A stretch of DNA of 62,155 nucleotides, the filler included, from Rhabdomonas costata (lineage: Eukaryota): assembly GCA_019059605.1 (NCBI GenBank). It is 33 parts of 33 records of this genome, joined end to end, with 100 filler letters (N's around TTAATTAATTAA, not from the genome) between each part and the next. Parts side by side here need not be neighbours in the genome. Positions count along the whole stretch, not along the records: positions 47,170 to 48,955 come from JAHMHO010009070.1; positions 49,056 to 50,843 come from JAHMHO010009071.1; positions 50,944 to 52,725 come from JAHMHO010009072.1; positions 52,826 to 54,611 come from JAHMHO010009073.1; positions 54,712 to 56,497 come from JAHMHO010009074.1; positions 56,598 to 58,382 come from JAHMHO010009075.1; positions 58,483 to 60,269 come from JAHMHO010009076.1; 26 more parts are not named here. One strand, given 5' to 3'. The notes below the pieces were generated by a model. That model searched no databases, was not told where the DNA came from, and was given only the letters and a program-made list of their open reading frames with translations. The position numbers and the translations under genes are program-made. Positions 48,202 through 60,132 of this stretch are shown piece by piece; within the stretch, counting starts at the first letter, position 1, and each line of letters starts with the position of its first letter.

Positions 48202-50664
48202 ACTTCATGACTGGGTTCCTGGTGCTGACCCTTGGAACGTCTGCCACGTTGTTCCCCTGCCAAGGTTTGGTCGCTTGTGTATGATTACGTTTGATTATCA
48301 TTTTGGTAAACGACTTTGAGAGATTCCTGGCAAACCCCAATTTGAAGCAAGGCATCGGGCATTGTTCTATGCCTCGCCTCATTTTGGGTTCCTGCGGGCG
48401 CTGTCGTGTTAAACACAATGGGTGCCAGACTTCGGTTGACCTTGGCAGCGTTCAGAAATGGTTGTGGGGCGAACGAGCATGCCTGATGGAAGAGGCGGAA
48501 TGCCTGGCCAACCGCTCAGCAAAGTGCTAATACGCCGCAAGACCCTTTGGTGTCGGATGTCGAGGCCGCCCTAACCCCCCATTCGAGGGGCGGGCCCTCC
48601 CTTCTGATGCCGGTGCACATCCCGCGGTGCAAGCACCCCGACTCCAGGGCCTTCTATCCGCTCTGTCCCACATGTTTGTTTCCGCTGGTCAAGAAGCGGG
48701 GCGGAGTCAGCCCCGTCGCTGTTGGCGAGACCGTGTGTGTGGGGGGGTGGGGGCGTTAGAAGCGGCTGGGCGCCCCGAGGCCGAACGCGCGCACCAACAC
48801 GGACGCTGTACTTCTGGTCTCAGTTGCTGAGAGGCGGCCCCAGACAGCCGAGGCGACCTCCCCGATGGGAAGGCCGAGCCTCATGCTCTGGCGTCGGATC
48901 GGCATCCCCACGCCCCCGTAGTTTCCGCCGCACACGGGGTGAAGGACCACCCCACNNNNNNNNNNNNNNNNNNNNNNNNNNNNNNNNNNNNNNNNNNNNT
49001 TAATTAATTAANNNNNNNNNNNNNNNNNNNNNNNNNNNNNNNNNNNNNNNNNNNNTTTTGGGTGTGGTGTCGATAGTTGGGGCACATCTGCTTCCGAAAC
49101 CACTGATTCAAAACCACAGGTGGCTTAACAAGGGAAGGGCAATGTACGTGAAGTCGCCAAAAGAAAAACAGCAGAGACGGGAAGGCGAAGCGGGATACGC
49201 AGAACCATTCAGGAGGAAAAGGTCTTTAGGGGGGGGACCTGGTGAGCCCCCAGAGCCTTCCAGCGCAGCCTGGGCTAACCGGCAGCCGGATTCGACCAGC
49301 TCGCGAATGTCCCTTACCCGGGCGGTCATCAAAGGCAGGTGCCCACAAGGGGCTACGGGGTTACGGGTGGAGGACCAAAAGAAAAGAATAAAAACTGGCC
49401 GTCTCGCACCTCCACGAAAACTACGCACAAAGAAATAGGCACTGATCAAAAGGAAAATAATCCGACGCGTGGCAGTGTCGGTAATTTGACGAAGTAGGAA
49501 AGGAAATCATGAAGAAAGCTGTTCGTGGCCAACAATCGAACTGTACTGTATATTCCCACAACAGCCAAAAAGAAAGAGTACATGGAATTATTATGATAAT
49601 GGCGGGAACTGGCATTGCGGCACGTAACGACTACTTGCACAGTAATCAAAGGGCGACGTACCAGCTGAAAGTTCTTCGCGTCGTTCGGAAATTGCCCGGG
49701 CGGAGACCTTAGGCCCAGTATGCAGGTCTGCAAAGGTTGCTGATCTCATACTCGCTACGGTTGCGACAGCGCGTCATTGGTTCCGACGGCAAGTTTCTGC
49801 AACGGTCAGCCAACAACAAGCCATTTTCCGGAAGAAAACACTGATAACGTCAAGAGTTGGCCATGCACAATCTTGAAAACCCTGATTCACTTCAGCGCAA
49901 CAAATATGCAGCAAACACAGCAAATAAATTTCGTTAACTGAGAGCAGCAACCAGCTGAAACTGCCGATCGCTCTAAGTGCAAAGCACCACAATTAGCCAC
50001 GACATGAATCACAGCATCCAAAAACTTCGTATCTGAAAGAAAAAAGGCTCAATTTGGCTTCACATAGTAACCCGGAATGTCAACTTCGCTGGTAAATCGA
50101 AATCACACTGGGTAAGCCCCACCAGAATAGTATGTACAAAAGGCGAGGCGTTGCCATCTGCTACGAAAGCAATAAACCAGCCACTCTAACTCGAGAAAAG
50201 AGGTATCCAAATTGGTGCGCTGGCGATTAGGGCCGCAATTAGTTGTTCTTGTTCTTTTCCGGTCAGGCAATGACAATTCGCCTGCGTCCCAAAGTTTGCT
50301 AATTGAGAAATCCTAACCCCAGAACAGAAATGGAAGAACGTACAGAAAACCCTCCCTGGGTTCGGGGTTGACAGGACCAGATCGACTCCGCTGTGATTGA
50401 ATGAAAACAATGTCTTCCGGAAATGAGCGTTAAACCCACAGCCAAGTTTTAACCAAGCAGCTCCATGCAAGGCACAGGTCCCAATGGGACTTACATCCGT
50501 CCTTCGGTGCACAGAACGTGCGAAAAAGAGCAATTACGATACACCTGGTCAGTACAATCAGAAGAAAAAACGAAATCATTGTCAAATCTCGCTGACTACC
50601 ACCTCGGATCAAGAACTTGCCCTCGCCGCCAACCAGACACAATGATCCCCATGTGAGAAGAAAT

Positions 50665-50825
50665 TCAGGAGAAGTATAGGTTCCTTCGGTGGGTGCGAAG
50701 GTAGTCCGCCACAGCTGGTGCGACCCATTGCAATCGAACCAACTCGTCAAATTTTTCAGACGCAATGAGATGGCGGATAGCCGTGGAGCTGAGCTCGGAT
50801 AGAGTTCCGTGCACCAAGAAAATAC
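50665..50825 (-). CDS. NMN/NaMN adenylyltransferase (NMNAT/NadD-like) last exon
   Basis: After CAG| it reads IFLVHGTLSELSSTAIRHLIASEKFDELVRLQWVAPAVADYLRTHRRNLYFS-TGA, with the (I/L)SSTxIR motif and the V..Y...H..LY tail of NadD/NMNAT. Not listed in the ORF track. Confidence 0.75.
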
Positions 50826-50943
50826 CTGCGAGACCCCACCACCNNNNNNNNNNNNNNNNNNNNNNNNNNNNNNNNNNNNNNNNNNNNTTAATTAATTAAN
50901 NNNNNNNNNNNNNNNNNNNNNNNNNNNNNNNNNNNNNNNNNNN

Positions 50944-51500
50944 GGGTTTTGGTTTGAGAGCTGCCCCTCTCATCTCGATGACGCTGTTCGCTCCCTGCTG
51001 GACAGTTGCGCGGAGGTAGCCGCCCCGCTTGCACGCTTGGCTCTGGCCAGTTGTCAAGCATCCTGTACCATCACATGGCGGAGTGCTGGCAGAGCCAGGA
51101 GGCCTGGAGCGATGCTGCGGATCATGTCCGCGCCCAGCGGTTCGACCGCGACGCCTCCAACTGGTTGGCTACCTTGCGCCTCCCGCAGTCGGGCCCACAC
51201 GCTGGATCATGGCTCACGATTCTTCCAGGTGCGGGTGTCTCCGATCCGTTCTAGGCGTCTGCCTTTCAAGCGCTGCTGCGGTTTCGGTGCGGTATTCCCT
51301 TCCCAGCCCACACCGCCTGCGGCTGCTGCTCTGCCATAATGGACACCTTCGGCGATCACGCCCTTTGCTGCTCCTGCTGTGGCCCGCAGCTTGGCTGCTG
51401 TTCTCTCTGGGATGGCACAAGACAATAGCCGAGGTTGAAAGAGCGCTCAATGGTGAAAGACCAGGCTGACTGGTCAACGGGACAATTACCTGATAAAAAT
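50944..51500 (+). mobile_element. Decayed CRE-like (RLE-type) non-LTR retrotransposon, 3' part of ORF
   Basis: Motifs occur in the expected order: GFGLRAA (RT thumb), LRLPQSGPHAGSWLTILP, an in-frame TAG at 51252-51254, FQALLRFRCGIP, the zinc knuckle CGCCSAIMDTFGDHALCC, then after a frameshift VERALNGERPG* (RPAD endonuclease motif). The 3' end is poorly defined. Confidence 0.75.
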
Positions 51501-52825
51501 AGCACCCTTTTTCGAGGGCACCATGGTTGAGACTCACTGGAAGTGCAAGCTTCGAGTCGCTGAAGAATTGTCTCGCGTGGCTCTGCTCTTGGATCCCGTC
51601 GGAGGTTACCGAGGCTGCGGTTGAAATGAGCTTCAGCACAATCAAGTTCGTCGATATACCCCTTCGGTACAGGTTGGCAAATTCCCTGAATCAAGTGATC
51701 TTATTCGTGCGCTTCAACTTCATAGCCTTTGGAGACAAGAGGTTCAATCCTGAGGAAGTGACGCTGGGACGGCAGGCCTTCCAGTACCTTACTCGGACAC
51801 CCCACGAAGACGAGGGCTACGGTTAACTGGAGGACTTTTTGGAAACCCCCCCCCAAAGCGTTTCTGCTCTTCGGCGGTACCCGCTCCGAGGACGAAGGCG
51901 ACGAGGGTTTGGAGTCCTGATGAGTATTTGTGAGCTGTATTGACAAAAAGACCCTAAAGGAAAACCCCAGATAGATAAAAAACGAGAGCAATGGGGGGAG
52001 TCATCACGTCGCAGCATCGCCACGCTGGGTTGCGCAGTGGCCACCTTGAGGCCCAAGCCCGGGTGAGCGCCCAGTGAAGTTGCCTGTATTGCCCATCGCA
52101 TTGAAGTTTGAACTGTTGGCATTGAATGAATTGAACATTTAGCACCCCCACAATGAACTTTGAGGTCAGTGCAACCTGTCCCCACTCGGTCATGGTGCCA
52201 GCTGGCTTCCTCCGGCTGTGCTGCAGATGCCGAGGAAGGCTTCTTCGTAGTCCGGGAGTTGGGCCTGGGGGCGGAGGTTGGGCTTTGCCGCAGGGCGACT
52301 CCGAGGGAGGGGCACGGTCTGCCGCACGGAAACCAGCTCCACCGCAGGCACACACTGCGAGAGCGCTCCTCCCAGAGGTGAGTGAAAATCAAGATGACGG
52401 CGAGAAGGAGGAAGACGAATACCAACCTGAAGACGAAGAGGAAATGGGTCAGGAAAGCTCCGTGGCTTTGGGGGTCGCTGGGCTGCCTGGGCTGCCCACC
52501 GATGATGAGGCCACCGCACTGCCGCCACTCTCTCGCAACACCCACCCCCCACCCCCGAAAAAACGCACGCTTTTGATAAAACGTTTAGGGGTGGGTGTGT
52601 GATAAATAGCGAGGTACCTTGGGGAGAAAAACTGGGACATGCTCATCGCATCCGACACCAGGAAAGATGAAGACATGAAGAGCAGAAACAATGTGGTTAA
52701 CTCACCCAGCAATTCACCCAACACANNNNNNNNNNNNNNNNNNNNNNNNNNNNNNNNNNNNNNNNNNNNTTAATTAATTAANNNNNNNNNNNNNNNNNNN
52801 NNNNNNNNNNNNNNNNNNNNNNNNN

Positions 52826-53248
52826 CCGTACACCGAGGAGGACGCCGAGAGCTGGGTCAACAATGTGCGTGCGATGACTTTGAAGCAGGGTTATTCCACG
52901 CGCTGGGCTATACGCCGAGCCTCTGACAATTTCCTTATTGGGGGCGTTTCTCTTGCGGATTTGCGCATCGGTTCTTCCCGCGCCGCGGAGATTGGCGGTT
53001 GGGTTGCCAAGCCCTTTTGGGGCCACGGCCTTGCGACTGATGTCGTCCGTGCAATTCTTGGTTTTGGGTTCAGCGATGAGATTGGTCTGCAGCGGATCTA
53101 TGCCTACGTTTTCCCTGACAACGCGGCTTCTTTACGGCTTCTTGAAAAGTGTGGGTTTCAAGTGGAGGCTCGGCTGCGGAGGGGTCACAAAAGAGATGAT
53201 CAGATATCGGACGTTATTCTCCTTGCCAAACTGAAGGACGAAAAGTGA
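52826..53248 (+). CDS. RimJ/RimL-type GNAT N-acetyltransferase (Acetyltransf_3), 5' truncated
   Basis: Open from the contig start: PYTEEDAESWV...WAIRR...LIGGVSL...AEIGGWVAKPFWGHGLATDVV...GLQRIYAYVFPDNAASLRLLEKCGFQVEARLR...-TGA. It has the G.G.AT and N.AS.R.LEK.GF motifs. Confidence 0.93.
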   Translation, partial: PYTEEDAESWVNNVRAMTLKQGYSTRWAIRRASDNFLIGGVSLADLRIGSSRAAEIGGWVAKPFWGHGLATDVVRAILGFGFSDEIGLQRIYAYVFPDNAASLRLLEKCGFQVEARLRRGHKRDDQISDVILLAKLKDEK

Positions 53249-53453
53249 TTTTGTGTGAGGGGGACAATCGTTTGCCGTTATCTCGGAACACCTGTGTGGT
53301 GGGCGATCGGCATTGGGCTGTGAACGGCAAGACCCACTGGCACCGTTTCCGAACCTGCCTTGTGATTTGGGTTCGTTTTCCAGGTGCACCCTGCACATTG
53401 TACATTTCGTGGTCTTATATTTCTGATGTTGGTGCCGGGTTTAAAGTGCAGCT

Positions 53454-53509
53454 GACTGCTGATTTTCAATGCCGAAACGAGACTGCTGATTTTCAATGCC
53501 GAAACGAGA
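53454..53509. repeat. Exact 27-bp tandem duplication
   Basis: gactgctgattttcaatgccgaaacga x2. Confidence 0.9.
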
Positions 53510-54770
53510 AGCCAAATCGGTGGAAACGCATGCAAGAAACAACACTACACACACTGCAGACTCAGGAAACTACTGGACAATAAAAAATGAAGTTGGTACA
53601 ACTGAAATCTACCTGCGGCATTGAAGTTGGGATTGACGCAAGTGGAAGGCCGGACTTATTTCGGTGTTGCGGACGATTCGGTGTGGCGATGGGACTCAGG
53701 GTGACCCCGGCTTGAATATGTTGGATCATCGCCCTTCAACCAATTGATGCCCAGATGTACGGATATTGGTTTGCAAATCGAGTTACATTCTTTAATCGTC
53801 GTCATCCGTTTGCAACATGTGGCCCTCTTTTTTTTTGGCGCGGGTTGTTGATCATGAGGTTTATGGTTAAAGTTATTTCATCCAGCATCGCGCATCGACT
53901 TTTTAGCGAGCTCTGGCGCCGGTCATTGCGACAACACGACCAAGTTACAGCGGTTTCCTGGGGCAAAAAGGCATCCGAAGGGGAAGAAAGAAAGCACCAG
54001 GAAACAGAACGGAGGCAAACCGGAACGTGGGGAAGTTGGGGGAACGGGTATCGGGCAAAAGGGTGAACAAAGAGGCAAAACATTGCTTTCCAAAAATACG
54101 GCGCAGAACGCACATCAAAACACAAGCAAACACCTAGGATGAGCAAGTGTTGCTGACAAACTGGCGCATTGAGAACCTCTTTTTGAGGAAAAAGCACAAA
54201 GGAAACGCGGAACCCGCAGCCGCCCGGAAAGGGGCGGTAGGGGATCAACCGCCTCTTTGCCATGTTTGCTCAAAGGCTTCAAGCGCAGTATCTTTGATCC
54301 ACTCAGCCAATTGTGGCGGGAATCTTCATCCTTATTCCGCCGCCCCGCGTGATACCACCAAAATAGTCTACGCAAAATGTTGCGTTATTGGTATAAATTG
54401 TCGCCCATTTTTCTTTAATTGAAGTCTTTTCGTGTTGTGGTGATTTTAGCGCATTAAAAATAAATGATGCCTCGGCGGCCTTTACTTTGGACATTCTGTA
54501 CCTTTGGGTTCACATCAGAGGGTACGCGGGCATGTCATGCGCAGCAGGGCATGCCGAAGTAGGGTATATTGCTTTCTCGTTCCCTCCTCACGTCGGGACT
54601 TCCCCCAACAANNNNNNNNNNNNNNNNNNNNNNNNNNNNNNNNNNNNNNNNNNNNTTAATTAATTAANNNNNNNNNNNNNNNNNNNNNNNNNNNNNNNNN
54701 NNNNNNNNNNNTGTTGTTGTGCACGCTAACAACCGCACATTCCCTCGAAAAAGCATCGGCCGCAACCAGC

Positions 54771-54882
54771 TTCACTCGTGCACAGCTTCAAACACTTTTA
54801 ACAGAGAGGTGATGACTCTCCAAATTCACTCGTGCACAGCTTCAAACACTTTTAACAGAGAGGTGATGACTCTCCAAATTCA
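54771..54882. repeat. Exact 54-bp tandem duplication
   Basis: ttcactcgtgcacagcttcaaacacttttaacagagaggtgatgactctccaaa at 54771 and again at 54825. Confidence 0.92.
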
Positions 54883-55008
54883 ATGACCATAACTACAAAA
54901 GCTGAGCGGATCCACACAGATCTTGCGCGGCAGCACGAAAACGTACATACTCAAACTCGTGGATGAAAAAAGGGCAGGAACAGTAAAGCAAAACATGTCC
55001 ACACGGAC

Positions 55009-55811
55009 CATGGCTTGAAGTTGTGCCAGGGTGGCCTCCGTGAGGGTGGCCTCCTCGCATAGCAGCATCTCCAGCGCCCACAGCGACGGCACCACGTGCA
55101 CGTGCCGCAGCACCGCCCGCACCTCCGCCCGCAGCCCCTTGCACCGCACCAAAAGACCTCTCTGCCGCCGCCGCGTCTCGAAAAGGGCCTCGCGAAGCTC
55201 CGCAAGGGCTCTGTGTGAGGATGTGAGAGAAGCACACCGTCTTCAATCGCTGGCTGAGCAGCATCCTCATCCTCACAATGCTCTGAGGCGCCGGGCATTC
55301 GCACACCATTCACAATCAAAGCCGCACAAACACAATTGAATGACGTCACAAGCGGCGCATGTATTCTGTTATTTTCGATGAAGCCTACTTTCAAACCAGT
55401 GCTACTTCGCGAGATTCTGCACCGGTTGCCGATGAGTCTACAACCCAGATAGGAACTTGTCATCAGCGAAACAGACTGTGCAATGAAACGAGAACATTTC
55501 GTCATCAATAAAAGTCTCTCTTCCGATTTCTTCCCAAGCATTTCAGTATCGACCGAACGATTAAATCGCAACGTGGAGTGATGCTAGTGGTGGTGGTAAA
55601 ATGGGAAGGCCAGACCGCTCCAAAGAAGAGCCACGGAGAAGGCTGCAATTCAGTTTGGCCACGCCCCTGGCCGAGAGCTGCGCTACCACAGCCCTATCCT
55701 CGTCGCGCAGTGGAAGCGAGTCCACGGCAGTGACGGACATCCTTGGACTAGATCTCCACGAGCGCTCAAAGAAAGCAGCAGCTACTCTGCTGTACAACCG
55801 TGCACCCACAG
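55009..55811 (-). CDS. Unidentified helical/coiled-coil protein, 2 exons
   Basis: Exons 55811-55616 and 55210-55009 join in phase 2 (CG|A), with donors GTCTGG and GTCCGT: ...LLRGSSLER|ALAELREALFETRRRQRGLLVRCKGLRAEVRAVLRHVHVVPSLWALEMLLCEEATLTEATLAQLQAM. Confidence 0.55.
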
Positions 55812-58572
55812 CTATTCACACGTCCCTCACACTTCGACACTGTCTACGAAACCTTCGAAACTCGCCACCAGGAAAGAAAGAGAAAGAGATGGGGAATATA
55901 GAGGGGAGGGGAGAAGCAGCCGAAGGGTGATCTGATTTTGCACAGACAAGCGAACAGAAGAGGTAGCCGATCCCACAACTTCGATCCTCCAGTCAAACCC
56001 CTTCCTGGCATAACAAAACTCCGAACAACCATATCGTTTTTGGAGTGCATGGCATATGTGGCTTCACCAAAGTATGGTTGTGTGATCCTGTCTGAGTAGC
56101 TTGGGGTTGGAGTTGGGGCATGAACATTGCATCCCCCGCTGACAACCGGCCAACTTTTATCACGGAGAGGCTACAAATTTGCAGCAAACATCGACTTCTT
56201 TTTTTTTTTCAGGATTTGGATGCAGCAAACAGAGGAGGCACAAAACCTCCACAACCAGAGGAACCACAAAACCAGCACATCGCATTCATCATAAAGAGGT
56301 GCAAATCTTCACGAACCTTGAGCAAAACCGAGGACGTCATTGGTACTCACAGCCACTCAGTCACCCTAAACACAGAAAAGCAACTCAACACCACCAATTC
56401 TCCGACGAAGGCAACCAAATCCTACCCAATCCATCGTAGCGGAACCGGCACGCCTGGACATAAGCGCACGCCCATTTTTAGCTCGAAAACCAACAACNNN
56501 NNNNNNNNNNNNNNNNNNNNNNNNNNNNNNNNNNNNNNNNNTTAATTAATTAANNNNNNNNNNNNNNNNNNNNNNNNNNNNNNNNNNNNNNNNNNNNGTG
56601 GTTTGTTTGCCAAGGGAGAAGACATGCGGCACGTCTTCTCCCTTGGCAAAGAAACTAAGTATCACAAGGAACATAATTTGCTGGACGTGACCGTAATACA
56701 ATGTATAAGACTGTTGGCTCAGCTACCTAGCTATCTGTCAGAATTTGCGACATTTGATTTGAGCCACCTCGTATCTATGGATTTTGTTCGCGACCATGTT
56801 GTGTGTGGCACTGAAGGACTGAAGGGCAGCTTGAACATCACCGTCTGATGTCGCAGTTCACCGCCTGGCGAGTTTTGTGGCTTTCCAAATCAGCAGATAC
56901 ATATTCAATGCTTGTTTTGCTGAAGAGCGACTCGCTGGGCTTGCTTGATGCCCAGGTTGGAGTGAAAGGAGTAAACCTTATTACAATAATATGAAAATTC
57001 AGCATAGTGCCTAAAAAAAAGAGCACGCCTCACCTTCACCTTCACAGAGTTTCTCTTTGTGTACTTTTTCTCGATCCTTGCAAACCAAACCAACCAATCA
57101 GTTTTATGTGTTATGTCATTCCGCAAAAGAGTTTTGACATTTTGTGGGACATTTTTTTGGGAAAATTATAAAACTACGTTGGCAGGGCTTTCCGGATCGT
57201 ACGAGGAGGGAGGCATCGGTGTTAAACCAATGCAATCATCAGCGAACGGGAAGAGGGGTAAACAAAAGGGTAAGCGCGATACACGCAAACCCCAAAGGAT
57301 ATATACGGAAGCACGGAGTCTAGAAAGGCTGTGTATGGTTTGTGAGAAGACAGGGATGGTGGCGGGCGGGCAAAACATGACACAGCAGGTAGCGTGTCAT
57401 CCTCTGCGGGACTTAATAGGGAAAGAAAAGGCTCAGAGCCGACTCCACTTGCTTCGCCGCTCCATGTGTGTCCAACCACCACATCCGGGCATTGCTCAGA
57501 CCTGAGCACAGGTGAAGGGTAAGGGGACAAGGAACCGGAGAGGAAGGGGGACTCAAGAGCTCCAGAAACAGTAGACATTAAGTGGACGTGTGGGTGGGTG
57601 AGGATGGGTAGGTGGGTCGATGGGTGGGTGGAATCCGAGGAAATGTGAGGGAGATGTTCCCTGCGACGTCAGACGGCACCCAGCAGAGAGCAAACGACCA
57701 TTATTCACAACGACTCGCTTCAGAAGAAAAGAGCACGCATGCAAACCGTAACTGTAAGAGGAAACCACGGGAGGGCAACGGAGGGGAGGGGTCACGCGGT
57801 CATGACACAGGGTTATGAGACTTATGATACAACATCAGGAGCTGAAAGCATTCGGGGGAAGGAAAGAGGCGATTGGGGATGCCGGGGAAATCGCGGCAAA
57901 AAGGGAAAAGGGAAGGGCACCAAAAAAAAAAAAGAGGTCTTCGAGTGGAGCTGCCCAAGACAGCCGTGCTTTGCACAGACGGAGAGTTTCAGCTCATTTT
58001 TTTCTGCTTAAACGAAACACTTTCCTCTCCCTCTTTGGACTCCAAAAGTCCAACAATGCTCCAAAGCAAGAAGAGCATTCAGAATGTGAGGGCCGGGGAT
58101 GTGGGGTTGTGGTGAGGGGTGAGGGGCAAGAAAAATAAGAGCAAAAATTGCAACCAAGAAAACGGCATCGTGTGCAAGCCCGCCTGCATTGAGGGTCACA
58201 ACCCGTTCCCGTGGGCTTACTCGTTGCCTTCAATTGCAGCTACCCGCACTAGAGCATACCTGCAATCCACGACAAAGCGCAACCGCATCAGGTGCAACAG
58301 CATTCATAAATACAACATTCATAAATGCCCGATTCCCTCCACATCCCGTCAGAGTATTATAATGGTGTGTAAAAAACCCACANNNNNNNNNNNNNNNNNN
58401 NNNNNNNNNNNNNNNNNNNNNNNNNNTTAATTAATTAANNNNNNNNNNNNNNNNNNNNNNNNNNNNNNNNNNNNNNNNNNNNCCCGCGACCCCCGGGTGG
58501 GTTGCTCGCTCTTCTCGCTCTCGTTCTCGCTGCTCTCTCGCTCTCGTTGTCCCCCTGAGCGGTTGCTGTCCA

Positions 58573-58598
58573 ACACACACACACACACACACACACAC
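58573..58598. repeat. (CA)n/(TG)n microsatellite forming the start of an ABCB intron
   Basis: About 13 units. On the minus strand the donor GT is the first repeat unit. Confidence 0.9.
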
Positions 58599-60132
58599 CC
58601 GCTGGGGCCGACCAGCGCAACGTGGTGGCCAGCAGGGATCACCAGGTTGAGGTCTTTGAAGATGGGGACGTCCGGCCGTGCGGGGTACTTGAAGCTCACC
58701 CTGCCAGCCAATGCCACACACCGACCCACTACCACAGCACTCCAGCCACCAGCCCTTTTACTCCGCAGCCACGACTTTTATGCTTTATGTTGTCACTGCC
58801 TTTAATTTAAATTCCCTGCTCACCTCACCTCACCTCAGTTGAGGGCCACGGGTGCCACAAAGCGAAGTAGAAATGGTGAGGGGATGAAGGAGGGTGCGGT
58901 GGAAGGAGGAGGGGTGCACCCGCGGAATTCGATGTGACCCTGCAGGTTCCGCAGTCTCTTACCGGAGCCCGGGACGCTAGAGTCCGGGATCTGCGGAACG
59001 CGGTCCAGGATGTCGTACAGCCGAAGAGCGGCTCCTCGAGCAGTCCCTATGTGACGAAACACGCAAAAAAAATGCACATCAAAAACCTATGAAAAGAGAT
59101 GGTGGCTTGAATGCTCGCAAACGGGGAGCCGTGGGTCCCAGGTCCAAAAATGCCCGTAATGGCGCACCTCGTGAAATGCAGGGAAGTTGCACAGGGGATG
59201 CAGGGAAAGAGAAAAACTGCAAATAATAGCAAATTCAGTGGAAATCGTGAGGAGTGCAAGCAGAATCAGGAAGACTGTTGACCACGGGCCACTGAAACGT
59301 ACTGCTAACAAGCACAGCTTCGCTGCATCAAAAAGGAACAAACTCCCCCGAGGAGGTGCTATGCCAGCAGATTACCAATTGACATGGGGGGGAGGGGTCT
59401 GAAGACTACCCTCCGTCCTTCTAAGCGTTTCCATTTCTGCCCGTTCCCTCGTCGTACCGCGTAAACACACCCACGGTGAGCACAATTGGGATGGCCTGGC
59501 CCATCTGCAGCGCCCCTGTGACGATCGCGACGAACACAGCGGTGATCTCGCCTCCCGTGTTCATCTTCTTCGCCACCAAGGTGCTGCCGTACCAGAAGAC
59601 CTGTGGGTGCCACAGAGAGAGAGAGAAAGAGGGAGGAAACCCAGACGTTCAAGGCACTAATCCTTGCTACTCACGAAAACATAGAAAACCAAAGTGCAAA
59701 GATTTTTGGACATGGGGGGGGAGGGTCGAGGAATAGTCATCATTACAACTGTTCATCCTTTTTGAGGAGGAAAACCGAAAGCCCATCTAACTGCACAGAG
59801 GGTGATCATCACACGGATGGAGAATCTGAAACGCTGCCGCTGAATAGTGGCAGGGCCTTCACAGAGAAGCGCAAACACCAAAAAAGCGTTTGTGAAACAT
59901 TTCACCCACTCCCGCCTCCTCTCCCACGTACCAGAGCGTAGGAATAATATAGCACGGCCATCACCACGCCAAGGCTGAGGCCCTCGAAGAGGCCCTTGCG
60001 GACGCCCACGTCGAAGGCCTCGGTGAGCCGCCCGGTGTACCTCCGCACCTCCCGCTCCACTGCCCCAAAGGCGTGCACCGTGCGCACCGCGGAGAGCGCC
60101 TCGAAGGCAATGGCCCCCGCAGCGGCGTATTT
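58599..60132 (-). CDS. ABCB1: ABCB / P-glycoprotein (MDR) transporter, late TMD to NBD Walker A (4 exons)
   Basis: Exons 60132-59932, 59600-59471, 59046-58920 and 58700-58599 (all GT-AG) give [23 protein letters not shown]...[14 protein letters not shown]...[32 protein letters not shown]...[43 protein letters not shown]. The symbol denotes the subfamily, not proven orthology. Confidence 0.95.
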
